Below are positions 30,755 to 40,008 of a stretch of 64,000 nucleotides of DNA, in pieces (the first letter of the stretch is position 1; each line of letters starts with the position of its first letter). The notes beneath the pieces were generated by a model. It saw only the letters and a program-made list of their open reading frames with translations. It was not told the DNA's origin and did not search any database. The position numbers and the translations under genes were made by a program. The stretch comes from an uncultured Acidobacteriaceae bacterium. Lineage in GTDB: Bacteria > Acidobacteriota > Terriglobia > Terriglobales > Acidobacteriaceae. The stretch covers positions 719,228 through 783,227 of the forward strand of contig CAVPWH010000010.1 in NCBI GenBank assembly GCA_963709415.1, read 5' to 3'.

Positions 30755-32341
30755 TTACTTCTTTCCCCACCCGCCGCCACCCGGCGTCTCAATGCGAAGC
30801 ACATCTCCGATCGAGATCTGCCGGCTGCACTTCCCCGGCAGTTCCATCTTCTCCGCGCCTCCCGCCTTCGTGACCCAGGCAGCCCCAGCCGCACCTTCCG
30901 CCCCGCCCTGCAATCCCCAAGGGCAGAATTTTCTGCGGTCCGCCAACAGAGTCATCTGGGCATCGGCAAGCAGCTCCAACTCGCGAATGAGCCCATCGCC
31001 GCCGCGAAACTTTCCCTCGCCGCCAGAACCATAGCGATAGCCATAGCGGCGCACGCGAAATGGATACGCATATTCCAGCGCCTCAATGGGTGTATTGAGC
31101 GAGTTTGTCATATGCGTCTGCACCCCGGGGATGCCGTCGATTCCGTGTCGAGCGCCCATTCCCCCCGCAGTCGTCTCGTAATAGGTAAACGCCTCTCCGG
31201 TGCGCGGGTCGACGCCGCCAATCGTCAGGTTGCTCATGGTACCCGCGCTCGCAGCCGGGACGCGATCGGGAACCGCCAGAGCGAGCGCACGCAACAACAC
31301 ATCGACGATGCGCTGCGAAGTCTCGACGTTCCCGCCGGCGACGGCGGCAGGCGGACGCGCATCAACAATTGATCCGGCCGGCGCCTCCAAAGTCAGCGGG
31401 CGCAGAATCCCTTCAGTGGCCGGCGCATCTTCTTCGAGCAGGCAGCGCAGCACATAGAAACACGCGGAGAGCGTAATCGCGCGCACCGCATTGACGCTGC
31501 CGGCGACCTGCGCCGACGACTCCGCGAAGTTTACACGCAAGGACCCCGCTTCCGGATCGATCCGCAACCGCACCGCGATTTTGCGCGGCTCATCCGTAAC
31601 GCCGTCGCTATCGAGCCAGTCCTCGGCGGTGAAATCGCCGCTGGGCATGGTACGAAGTTGAGCACGCACCAGCCGCTCGGAATAGTCGAGCAACTCGGCA
31701 ATAAGCACGTGCAAAGCCTCTTCACCGAACTTCTCCGCCAGTCGCAAAATGCGCTGCTCGCCGACGCGACAAGCGCCGATCTGCGCGTCGAGGTCGCCCT
31801 CGCGTTCGCGGGGCGTGCGCACGTTGAGCAGAATCAGGGCGAGCATCTCGCGATCTACTTTTCCGCCGCGCACGATGCGCACCGGGGGAATGCGAATGCC
31901 CTCCTGAAAAATCTCTTCTGCCGGCCCCATCGAACCCGCGAACCTGCCTCCCACATCGGCATGGTGTGCGCGATTGGAGACATAGAATGCCGGTGCGCTT
32001 CCACCCGCAAGAAAGACCGGCAGCACCATCGTGATGTCGGGCAAATGCGTTCCTCCCGCATAGGGGTCGTTGAGGACCGCAATATCTCCGGGCGCAAAAT
32101 CGATGACCGCAATCGCCGCCGCAACCGACATGGGCATGGAGCCCAGATGCACCGGCATGTGGTCGCCCATAGCGATCACTCTTCCTTTGCCATCGAACAC
32201 GGCGCAGGAATAGTCGCGTCGTTCCTTTATGTTGGGCGAGAGCGCAGTGCGCCGCAGGGCCGCTCCCATCTCTTCGGCAATGGAGTGCACGGCGCATTGG
32301 AAAATCGTGAGTTCGATGGGATCGACTGGCTGCGGATTCAT
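30755..32341 (-). CDS. Hydantoinase B/5-oxoprolinase family subunit
   Basis: SPNIKERRDYS, NDPYAGGTHLPD, RAHHADVGG, GNVETSQR, HMTNSLNTP, TPGGGGWG. Confidence 0.93.
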   Translation of the reverse strand: MNPQPVDPIELTIFQCAVHSIAEEMGAALRRTALSPNIKERRDYSCAVFDGKGRVIAMGDHMPVHLGSMPMSVAAAIAVIDFAPGDIAVLNDPYAGGTHLPDITMVLPVFLAGGSAPAFYVSNRAHHADVGGRFAGSMGPAEEIFQEGIRIPPVRIVRGGKVDREMLALILLNVRTPREREGDLDAQIGACRVGEQRILRLAEKFGEEALHVLIAELLDYSERLVRAQLRTMPSGDFTAEDWLDSDGVTDEPRKIAVRLRIDPEAGSLRVNFAESSAQVAGSVNAVRAITLSACFYVLRCLLEEDAPATEGILRPLTLEAPAGSIVDARPPAAVAGGNVETSQRIVDVLLRALALAVPDRVPAASAGTMSNLTIGGVDPRTGEAFTYYETTAGGMGARHGIDGIPGVQTHMTNSLNTPIEALEYAYPFRVRRYGYRYGSGGEGKFRGGDGLIRELELLADAQMTLLADRRKFCPWGLQGGAEGAAGAAWVTKAGGAEKMELPGKCSRQISIGDVLRIETPGGGGWGKK

Positions 32342-34383
32342 GCGCCCACCTCCACGCCCACTGCGATAACGATATTCCCATAGCCATCGATTTGTGCGCT
32401 CGCGCCCGGCGGCAGCAGTGTGGCAGACGTGTATTCGGTAATCATTGCGGGGCCTTCGATGACATCGCCGGGCGCCAGTTGGTCGCGTCGATAAAACCGA
32501 GTCGGGCGAAACCGGTCATCGAAGAAGATCGGGCGCTCTGCGTAGCGGGCGACGCCGCCATCCCCAGCGACAATTTCACGCTGAAGCGGCGTGTAGGGCT
32601 CGCCCGCGGCAAGCATACGCAATCGCAAGTTCACGATCTCGATCGGCCGTTCCTTATCGCAGAAGCCGTATCGCTGGAGATGCAGGCGATGAAAGGCGTC
32701 AGCGGATTTCGCGGGATTGGGCGGATCAAAATCGACGTTCAACTCGTAGCCCTGCCGCCGATAACGAATATCGAGCGTGCGCTGCGCTGTTCCTGTAAGG
32801 CGCTCCGCGGCAAACTCCGCTGCGCCAAGCTGCTCCAGGTCTGCGAAATGCTCCGCGAGATTTGCGATTAAGCCACCCGGCAACATAACCGTGCGTGAAT
32901 AATCGCGCACCACGTCAGCAAGCAAAATGCCCACCGCCGAAAGCGCCCCAGGCAGCACAGGTACGAGCACACGCGGAATCCGCAGTACGCGTGCCAGCGC
33001 GCAGGCATGGAGCGGCCCCCCGCCGCCGAAAGCGACAAGAGTAAAATCGCGAGGGTCATGGCCGCGCTCGACAGAAATCACTCGGATAGCCTTCTCCATC
33101 TGCGTCTCCACCACGCGAAGAATTCCAGCCGCAAACTCCTCATCGGTTGCCAGGGCACCTTTCTGTTCGCGCATGATGTTTTTTGCACGCTCGCGATCGA
33201 GGTGCACACCACCACCGAGAAAACTCTCCGTGTCCAGTCGTCCGAGCAGAAGATTTGCATCGGTGACGGTTGGTTTTGTCCCGCGGCCGAAGCAGATGGG
33301 CCCCGGATCGGCACCTGCCGACTCCGGACCCACATGCAGCAGGCCGCCTGCATCAAAACGGGCGATCGACCCTCCGCCGGCCCCTGCTGTATGAATGTCG
33401 AGCATGGGCACGCCGATGGGCACGCCGGCCACAATGGATTCGCGCGTCCGTTCGGCACCGCCCGTTGCGGCACGACTGAGAAAGACATCGGTCGATGTCC
33501 CCCCCATGTCGAATCCGATGATGCGCTCGAAGCCTGCCAAGCGCGCCATTTGGCATGCGCCAATCACTCCGCCGGCAGGCCCTGAAAGGACCGTACGCAC
33601 GGGCTCGCGCGCCGCCAAACGCGCCGGCACAATGCCCCCTGAAGACTGCATCACGTCCATTCTTCCGCCCGGGTGCTCCGCGGCGATGCGTTCTTCAAGA
33701 CCGCTTAGATAGCTGCCCATTCTCGGCGCGAGGTAGGCATTCACGACCGTAGTCGAAGCGCGTTCATACTCGCGGAACTCAGGCAGAATCCGATGCGATG
33801 CGGAGACGGGAATGCCGAGGTCGCTCAGTGCCGCTTCCACGCGCTGCTCGGTCTGTGGATTCGCAAACGAGAACAGGAGCGATATTGCGACAGCCTGCAC
33901 TCCGCTTGCGCGCACCTTTTCGACGAGCCCATCAAGTTCCTCTTCAGTCGGTGCGCGAAGAATCTCCCCCCCGGCGGTCACACGTTCTGGTACGCCGAAG
34001 CGCAGCTCACGGGGCACAAGGCAAATTGGCACCGGAGCGAACCAGTCATAGAGGCGGGCGCGGGTCTGGCGCCCGATGGCGATCGTGTCCTCGAAGCCGG
34101 CCGTGGTTACAAACGCCACGCGCGCGCCGGTCCGCTCCAGCATGGTGTTGGTGCCGACGGTGGTGCCATGGCGAACGTTCAAGCCTGCGCCAGCGCCCAT
34201 CTGCCGCAAGCCTTCCAGCACCGCTTGCGACGGGTCCGCGGGTGTTGAGAACACCTTGAGCACGCGTAGTTGTCCGTTTGTCAGGCAGACGCAGTCGGTA
34301 AATGTTCCGCCGGTGTCGATAGCTATGCGCAAATCGGCCTGCTCTCGTGTTGGAATCTGGCGGTGCTCAAGAAGCCCAATCAA
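32338..34383 (-). CDS. Hydantoinase A/5-oxoprolinase family subunit (true start probably TTG at 34332)
   Basis: IDTGGTFTD, HGTTVGTN, SGPAGG, DMGGTSTD, GAGGGS, FGGGGPLH. Confidence 0.93.
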   Translation of the reverse strand: MIGLLEHRQIPTREQADLRIAIDTGGTFTDCVCLTNGQLRVLKVFSTPADPSQAVLEGLRQMGAGAGLNVRHGTTVGTNTMLERTGARVAFVTTAGFEDTIAIGRQTRARLYDWFAPVPICLVPRELRFGVPERVTAGGEILRAPTEEELDGLVEKVRASGVQAVAISLLFSFANPQTEQRVEAALSDLGIPVSASHRILPEFREYERASTTVVNAYLAPRMGSYLSGLEERIAAEHPGGRMDVMQSSGGIVPARLAAREPVRTVLSGPAGGVIGACQMARLAGFERIIGFDMGGTSTDVFLSRAATGGAERTRESIVAGVPIGVPMLDIHTAGAGGGSIARFDAGGLLHVGPESAGADPGPICFGRGTKPTVTDANLLLGRLDTESFLGGGVHLDRERAKNIMREQKGALATDEEFAAGILRVVETQMEKAIRVISVERGHDPRDFTLVAFGGGGPLHACALARVLRIPRVLVPVLPGALSAVGILLADVVRDYSRTVMLPGGLIANLAEHFADLEQLGAAEFAAERLTGTAQRTLDIRYRRQGYELNVDFDPPNPAKSADAFHRLHLQRYGFCDKERPIEIVNLRLRMLAAGEPYTPLQREIVAGDGGVARYAERPIFFDDRFRPTRFYRRDQLAPGDVIEGPAMITEYTSATLLPPGASAQIDGYGNIVIAVGVEVGA

Positions 34384-34419
34384 CCGTATGCTAGAACTCT
34401 AAAGCAAGAGGTCGTTTTC

Positions 34420-35652
34420 TTGAACGAGATTACCAGTTGGCTGACCGAGGCATCGAGCGAGCAGAAGCGGACGCTGCTGGGGGCCAGCCTGGGCTGGATG
34501 CTGGACAGCATGGACGTGATGATCTACGCGCTGGTGTTAGGCGCTGTCCAGCGCGAGATGCATCTTAGCGCCGCGATGAGCGGGGCGATGATGTCCGCGA
34601 CGCTCATTTCGGCAGCCGGTGGGGGCCTGGGGTTCGGCTGGTTTGCGGACCGATTCGGACGCGTCCGCGCGCTCACTTTCAGCATTCTCGGCTACTCAGT
34701 CGCGACGGCCATGTGCGGCTTTACGCACACGGCCTGGCAACTCATGCTGTGCCGCGTGCTGCTGGGCCTGGGCATGGGGGGCGAGTGGGCCAGCGGTGCG
34801 GCGCTGGTGGCCGAAACCTGGCCCGCGCGGCATCGCGGCAAGGCGCTTGCCCTGGTGCAGAGCGCCTGGGCGGTGGGATACGCGCTGGGCGCCGCGGTTG
34901 TGGCCGTCGTGATGCCGCACTTCGGGTGGCGCGCCGTCTTCTTCGTCGGCGTCGCTCCCGCGCTTGTCACACTGTGGCTGCAGCGCCGGCTGCGCGAGCC
35001 GGAATCGTGGAAGCTGGAACACACCGCCCGCCCGCCGGTCGGCCAGCTCTTTCGCGGCGCACTCGGACGCAGTGTGCTTATCTGCGCCACGATGAATGCC
35101 GCCACTCTCTTTGCCTGGTGGGGGCTGTTCACCTGGGTACCACGCTTCCTCTCGATGACCGTCGCCGAGGGGGGCCGCGGCCTCAGCGTCGTCGAGACCT
35201 CGGCATGGACGATTGTCATGCAGGCCGGCACTTTCCTCGGCTACATCTCGTTCGGATACATCGCCGACCGGTTCAGCCGCAAGTACACCTACATCGGATA
35301 CCTGCTAATGGCCGCGCTGCTGGTGCCGCTTTACGCCTTCGTCCGCGATCCGCGAGCGCTGCTGGTCATCGGTCCGCTGGTAGGCTTTTTCGGGACCGGA
35401 TACTTCTCGGGCTTCAGCGTCATCTCGAGCGAGCTGTTTCCAACCTCGCTGCGCGGCTCCGCGATGGGCTTTGTCTACAACATCGGCCGAGTAACCAGCG
35501 CAGCCGGGCCTTACCTGATCGGACAATTCTCAGAGCATGGCGGACTGAGCGCCGCGCTCTGCATTACATCCGGGGCGTTTCTGGTGGCGGCAGTGATTGC
35601 AACCGCGCTGAAGCTGCCCTCACCCGATTTGGGGCTTGACGGCTCGCTGTGA
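34420..35652 (+). CDS. MFS transporter
   Basis: ADRFGR motif A, GLGMGGEW, ETWPARHRG, ELFPTSLRG; about 12 TM segments. Confidence 0.9.
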   Translation: MNEITSWLTEASSEQKRTLLGASLGWMLDSMDVMIYALVLGAVQREMHLSAAMSGAMMSATLISAAGGGLGFGWFADRFGRVRALTFSILGYSVATAMCGFTHTAWQLMLCRVLLGLGMGGEWASGAALVAETWPARHRGKALALVQSAWAVGYALGAAVVAVVMPHFGWRAVFFVGVAPALVTLWLQRRLREPESWKLEHTARPPVGQLFRGALGRSVLICATMNAATLFAWWGLFTWVPRFLSMTVAEGGRGLSVVETSAWTIVMQAGTFLGYISFGYIADRFSRKYTYIGYLLMAALLVPLYAFVRDPRALLVIGPLVGFFGTGYFSGFSVISSELFPTSLRGSAMGFVYNIGRVTSAAGPYLIGQFSEHGGLSAALCITSGAFLVAAVIATALKLPSPDLGLDGSL

Positions 35653-36136
35653 AGAGGCCCGATGCTTCCCGTGCAAGACGGCACTTTTCGGGCCAAAATG
35701 ACTGGTTTTGGGGCCAAAAAACGGCTAAAAACGGGCCTTCCTATTTACCGATGAGTAACTATGGCTGGCTTTTTCGTCATTCATTTCATTCATGTTAAAT
35801 CCAAATCCGATACCTTTTAGTACCCCCTTGGCCGGGGGGGTACGGGGGGGGTGCTTTTTCGGCGGGTAAAACGGACGATCCGAGCCCGAGATTCGTCTGA
35901 ATTTGCGGATTGAGACTGGAGGAGGTTCATATCCCCATTCTGCGCCTGCTTCGCATAATTCTCTGCAATGGAGGAGGCTTTGCGTTTCGCTTCGACTCGA
36001 GTTTGAGCCAGGTTTCTGGACGGGTTTCGAGGCTGGAAGGGCACGAAACCCCCATTAGCAGATCGGATCGTGACCCTACCTCCAACTGCGCGTGTCTGAA
36101 CCCCCGCACTGCTAGAATCTTTTGAGAGCAATCCTG

Positions 36137-36625
36137 ATGACCGTTAAGGCCCTTTATCCCGGCACGTTTGACCCGCCCACGAACGGCCACGTGGATCTGA
36201 TCACCCGCGGCGCAAAGCTGTTTGACCACCTCATTGTTGGCGTGCTGATCAATCCGGTCAAGAATCCGCTGTTTACCGTCGAAGAACGGGTGGAGATGCT
36301 CAAGGAGGTGACCAGTTCTCTCGGCAACGTGTCGGTTGCCACCTTCAACGGCCTGATGGTCGAGTTCGCACGCCAGCGGGGAGTGTCGGCGGTGATGCGC
36401 GGAATTCGCGCTATCTCCGACTACGAGTACGAGTTCCAGATGGCGCTGATGAACCGGCGGCTGGCGCCGGAACTCGAGACCGTGTTTTTGCAGCCGGCGG
36501 GGCGCTACTCGTTTATCAGTTCGCGGATGTTGAAGGAAGTTTTCTCGCTGGGCGGCGATGTGACGGGGCTGGTGCCGCCGAATGTGCTGAAGCGGCTGCG
36601 GGCGCGGATCAACGGCGGGAGCTAG
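36137..36625 (+). CDS. coaD: Pantetheine-phosphate adenylyltransferase
   Basis: YPGTFDPPTNGHVD, RGIRAISDYEYEFQMALMN, FISS. Confidence 0.97.
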   Translation: MTVKALYPGTFDPPTNGHVDLITRGAKLFDHLIVGVLINPVKNPLFTVEERVEMLKEVTSSLGNVSVATFNGLMVEFARQRGVSAVMRGIRAISDYEYEFQMALMNRRLAPELETVFLQPAGRYSFISSRMLKEVFSLGGDVTGLVPPNVLKRLRARINGGS

Positions 36626-37113
36626 GCGGGCGGGGCCTTTCGGGGTCGTTGCGGTTGCGCTTCGGCTGCCTTGCGAACGGCTTCAGCGTCAGCAAGGTCC
36701 TGGAGTCTGCCTGAGGCAAGCTTCGACGCGATGAGGTCGGGCGCAGAGATGAAAAAAGCCTTGAAGCCACTTTGCGGGTCGATCACGTCTTCAATGCGCC
36801 GATCCCAGGCCGTTTCAAAATCGACGCCCGGAATGTCGGGAAGAATATCGAAGCTGTGCGGGTCGTGTCCAAAACGAAAGAAACTGCCGCGCTCGGCGAA
36901 ATCTTCCTCTCGAATGCCCTGGAGTGGCGCACCGAACGCGGCCAGCGCGGCGTAGGTCGCTTGTGCATTGGCAGGGTCCGCTTTTATGAAAAGATCGAGG
37001 TCTCTCGTATAGCGGGGCTGCGCGTGATAGATAACCGCGTATGCCCCTACTACGAGATATCTAACGCCATGGGCATGGAAGGCGGACAAAAGGTCTTTGT
37101 AGTCTTGGAACAT
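36622..37113 (-). CDS. Pol-beta superfamily nucleotidyltransferase (DUF6036/AbiEii-like)
   Basis: YLVVGAYAVIYHAQPRYTRDLDL and KLASGRLQDLAD motifs. Confidence 0.8.
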   Translation of the reverse strand: MFQDYKDLLSAFHAHGVRYLVVGAYAVIYHAQPRYTRDLDLFIKADPANAQATYAALAAFGAPLQGIREEDFAERGSFFRFGHDPHSFDILPDIPGVDFETAWDRRIEDVIDPQSGFKAFFISAPDLIASKLASGRLQDLADAEAVRKAAEAQPQRPRKAPPA

Positions 37114-37267
37114 CCGGTTCGATCTCCCAACCTTTTAGTGTGTAGGCGAACTGGATCATCTCCTCGACCGCATCCAGCCGCTCATGCGCGGGCCGGCTCT
37201 GCCAGTAGCGATACTCATCAGCCTTCATCTCATCGAAGCTGGTGTACTTGCGGAGCGTATTATCCAT
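37061..37267 (-). CDS. Small hypothetical protein, putative partner/antitoxin of the nucleotidyltransferase
   Basis: 68 aa containing YWQSRPAHERLDAVEEM and PRLQR; overlaps the downstream gene; TACAAT lies 6 nt before its ATG. Confidence 0.7.
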   Translation of the reverse strand: MDNTLRKYTSFDEMKADEYRYWQSRPAHERLDAVEEMIQFAYTLKGWEIEPDVPRLQRPFVRLPCPWR

Positions 37268-37420
37268 AGTCCGATTGTAGCGCCGGGCGAAGAGAAGGTC
37301 GCAATGCTTCACAGGCGCCGCATCTTCCGGCGCACTCTGAGTCGCTGACAAGCGGGCCAGGCGGCCTGTTGCGCGGTCCGATTTTGCGCTTCACTCAAAA
37401 TCTGTAAAGATAGAAGAGCT

Positions 37421-38617
37421 ATGACAGTTTCCACACCCCAAAAAGTCTTTGCCGACCGTATTGGCCGGATCGAGGTTTCCGCAACCATGGCCGTGGCTGC
37501 GGAGGCCGCCAAGCTGCGCGCACAGGGCGTGAACCTGGTGGATTTTGGCGCCGGGGAACCGCACTTCCCTACCCCGCGCCACATCAAGGACGCGGCCATC
37601 GCCGCCATTGACGCCAACTTTACGCGCTATACCGTGGTGCCGGGCATTCCCGACGTGCGCAAGGCGATCGTGGAGCGCCATGCCTGCGATTTCGGGTCGG
37701 ACTACGGGATCGACGAGGCCATCTTCACTACCGGCGGGAAGCTGGCTCTGTTCAACACCATCCAGGTGCTGGTGGACCACGGCGACGAGGTGATTCTGCC
37801 GGTGCCGTATTGGGTGAGCTTCAAGGACATCATCCAGTACGCGGGCGGCAAGGTGGTGTTTCTGGAGACAAGCGAGGCGGAGAGCTTCCGCATCACGGCC
37901 GATGCCGTGGAAAAGGCGATTACACCGCGCACCAAGGCGATTATTCTCAACTCGCCGTCGAACCCGGCGGGGTCGGTGGTGACGGCTGAGGATCTGGAGC
38001 GGATCGTGCATCTGGCCCACGACCGGGGGATTTATCTGATGCTGGACGAGTGCTACGTGTACCTGAACTACGCGGGCAAATGCGTTTCGGGGGGCTCGTT
38101 TACCTGGGCCAAGGAGCACATTGTGGTACTCGGCTCGCTGTCGAAGACGTATGCGATGACCGGCTGGCGGGCCGGATTTGCGCTGGCTGCAAAGCCGGTG
38201 GTTGCGAATTTGAGCAAGCTGCAATCGCAGTCGACGTCGAATGCGACCAGCTTTGTGCAGAAGGCGGCGATTGCCGCACTTTCCGGTTCGCAGGAGTGCG
38301 TATCGGAATTCCGCGCCGAATTCATCGACTTGCGCGACTACATGCTGGCCAAAATTCGCGCCATTCCCGGCGTAACGTGCACCAAGCCCGAAGGCGCTTT
38401 CTACGTCTACCCCAATGTTTCCGCCTACTTCGGCAAGGGCGGAATCGGGACGGCGACAGAGATGGCCACGCGGCTGCTGCACGAGGCTCACGTTGTGACC
38501 GTGCCCGGAGAGGCTTTTGGGACAGCGGAACACGTGCGCATTTCGTATCCGGTGACCAAGCAGAATATCGACGAGGGGACGCGACGGATGGGCGAATTCC
38601 TGACCGGATTGAAGTAG
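37421..38617 (+). CDS. aspC: Class I PLP-dependent aminotransferase (aspartate aminotransferase-like)
   Basis: GEPHF, NSPSNPAG, DECY, SLSKTYAMTGWRAG, EGAFY, VPGEAFG. Confidence 0.9.
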   Translation: MTVSTPQKVFADRIGRIEVSATMAVAAEAAKLRAQGVNLVDFGAGEPHFPTPRHIKDAAIAAIDANFTRYTVVPGIPDVRKAIVERHACDFGSDYGIDEAIFTTGGKLALFNTIQVLVDHGDEVILPVPYWVSFKDIIQYAGGKVVFLETSEAESFRITADAVEKAITPRTKAIILNSPSNPAGSVVTAEDLERIVHLAHDRGIYLMLDECYVYLNYAGKCVSGGSFTWAKEHIVVLGSLSKTYAMTGWRAGFALAAKPVVANLSKLQSQSTSNATSFVQKAAIAALSGSQECVSEFRAEFIDLRDYMLAKIRAIPGVTCTKPEGAFYVYPNVSAYFGKGGIGTATEMATRLLHEAHVVTVPGEAFGTAEHVRISYPVTKQNIDEGTRRMGEFLTGLK

Positions 38618-38769
38618 CAGCGTCAAAAGAGCCGGCGGCCGAGTATAGCCCGCCTACCCACCAGAGCCCCGCCGCAAATCGCCGGCGGGCTGCCCTTTTG
38701 CGGAATGTAGGAGAATGTGTCAGCCGGCACTGTGCAAACATGGTCCTGGTCGGGTAGGATGTCACTTCA

Positions 38770-39888
38770 ATGTCGAAGCCGATTGATTTTCGTCCTGTGA
38801 TTCTTGCGGGCGGAAGCGGAACCCGCTTCTGGCCCCGGTCCCGCCGCGCCCGCGCCAAACAGGTGCTGGCCCTAGATGGCGAGCGCTCGATGCTGCAGCA
38901 GACTCTGGAACGGCTGAAGCCGATAGCCGCGCTGGACAATACCTGGATTATCACCAACGAGTACCTGGCCCAGGAGATCGCTGACCAGGTGCCGGGGCTG
39001 CCCGTCAAACAGATTGTGCAGGAACCGGTGGCGCGCAACACGGCTCCGGCTTGCGGACTGGCCGCCTTCCTGATTGAGAGAGAGAATCCGGATGCGGTGC
39101 TTGGCGTGTTTCCATCGGACCATGTAATTGCCGACGAGCCGCGATTCCTGAAATCGCTGCAAAAGGCTATCGCGGTGGCAGCGGCCGGGGACAACATTGT
39201 GGTGCTGGGGATTGAACCGGCGCGCGCCGAAACCGGCTACGGCTATATCGAAACCGGCGACTTTACCAAGGACGATTCCGCACTGCACGTGCGCCGTTTC
39301 ATCGAGAAGCCAAATCAAAACCGCGCCGAAGAGTTTGTGGCGGCGGGAAACTACTATTGGAATTCGGGAATGTTCATCTGGTCGGCGCGCACGCTGGCGG
39401 ATGCGGTACGCGAGCATTTGCCGGAGACCGCTCCCTTGCTGGAGAGCATCGCGGCGGCTTACGGCACTCCACAGTTCGATGAGGTGTTCCGCGTGTTGTA
39501 TCCCAAATGCGAGAACATCTCAGTGGACTACGCGGTGCTGGAGCCGCGCTCAGCGAAGGGCGAGCACCTTTCGCACCTGTATTGCCTGCCGGCCGAGTTC
39601 ACCTGGAATGACCTGGGAAGCTGGAGCTCGCTCTACGAATACCAGCTTGAAACGCGCCTGCGCGGCGACGCTGAAGGCAACGTGAGCGAAACGGGCGGGC
39701 ACCTGGCGATTGAGGCGAACGACAATTACATCTTCAGCCCGAAGAAGTTTGTCGCGCTGGTGGGCGTGGAGAACCTGGTGATTGTGGATACCGAAGATGC
39801 GCTGCTGATAGCACACCGGGACCACTCGCAGGATGTGGGCAAGATCGTGAAGGAGCTGGGGCTGACGGGGCGGACGGATTTGATTTGA
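38770..39888 (+). CDS. manC: Mannose-1-phosphate guanylyltransferase
   Basis: LAGGSGTRFWPRSR...KQ, EPVARNTAPA, PSDH, ETGYGYI, FIEKP, WNSGMF, WNDLGSW. Confidence 0.93.
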   Translation: MSKPIDFRPVILAGGSGTRFWPRSRRARAKQVLALDGERSMLQQTLERLKPIAALDNTWIITNEYLAQEIADQVPGLPVKQIVQEPVARNTAPACGLAAFLIERENPDAVLGVFPSDHVIADEPRFLKSLQKAIAVAAAGDNIVVLGIEPARAETGYGYIETGDFTKDDSALHVRRFIEKPNQNRAEEFVAAGNYYWNSGMFIWSARTLADAVREHLPETAPLLESIAAAYGTPQFDEVFRVLYPKCENISVDYAVLEPRSAKGEHLSHLYCLPAEFTWNDLGSWSSLYEYQLETRLRGDAEGNVSETGGHLAIEANDNYIFSPKKFVALVGVENLVIVDTEDALLIAHRDHSQDVGKIVKELGLTGRTDLI

Positions 39889-39918
39889 TTGCGGAGGGGA
39901 ATGCAGGGCCGCTTCAAT

Positions 39919-39951
39919 CCCAGGGTTCAAAATCGAGATCTGGGGCACCCG
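39919..39951. repeat. REP-like hairpin ending TGGGGCACCCG
   Basis: CCCAGGGTTCAAAATCGAGATCTGGGGCACCCG has the same terminal motif as the copies at 58605-58912. Confidence 0.6.
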
Positions 39952-40008
39952 CCGATTGCGACTGATTCTTGACCATGCCCACGCGGTACAATCCTTGTGT
40001 GACTCAGC

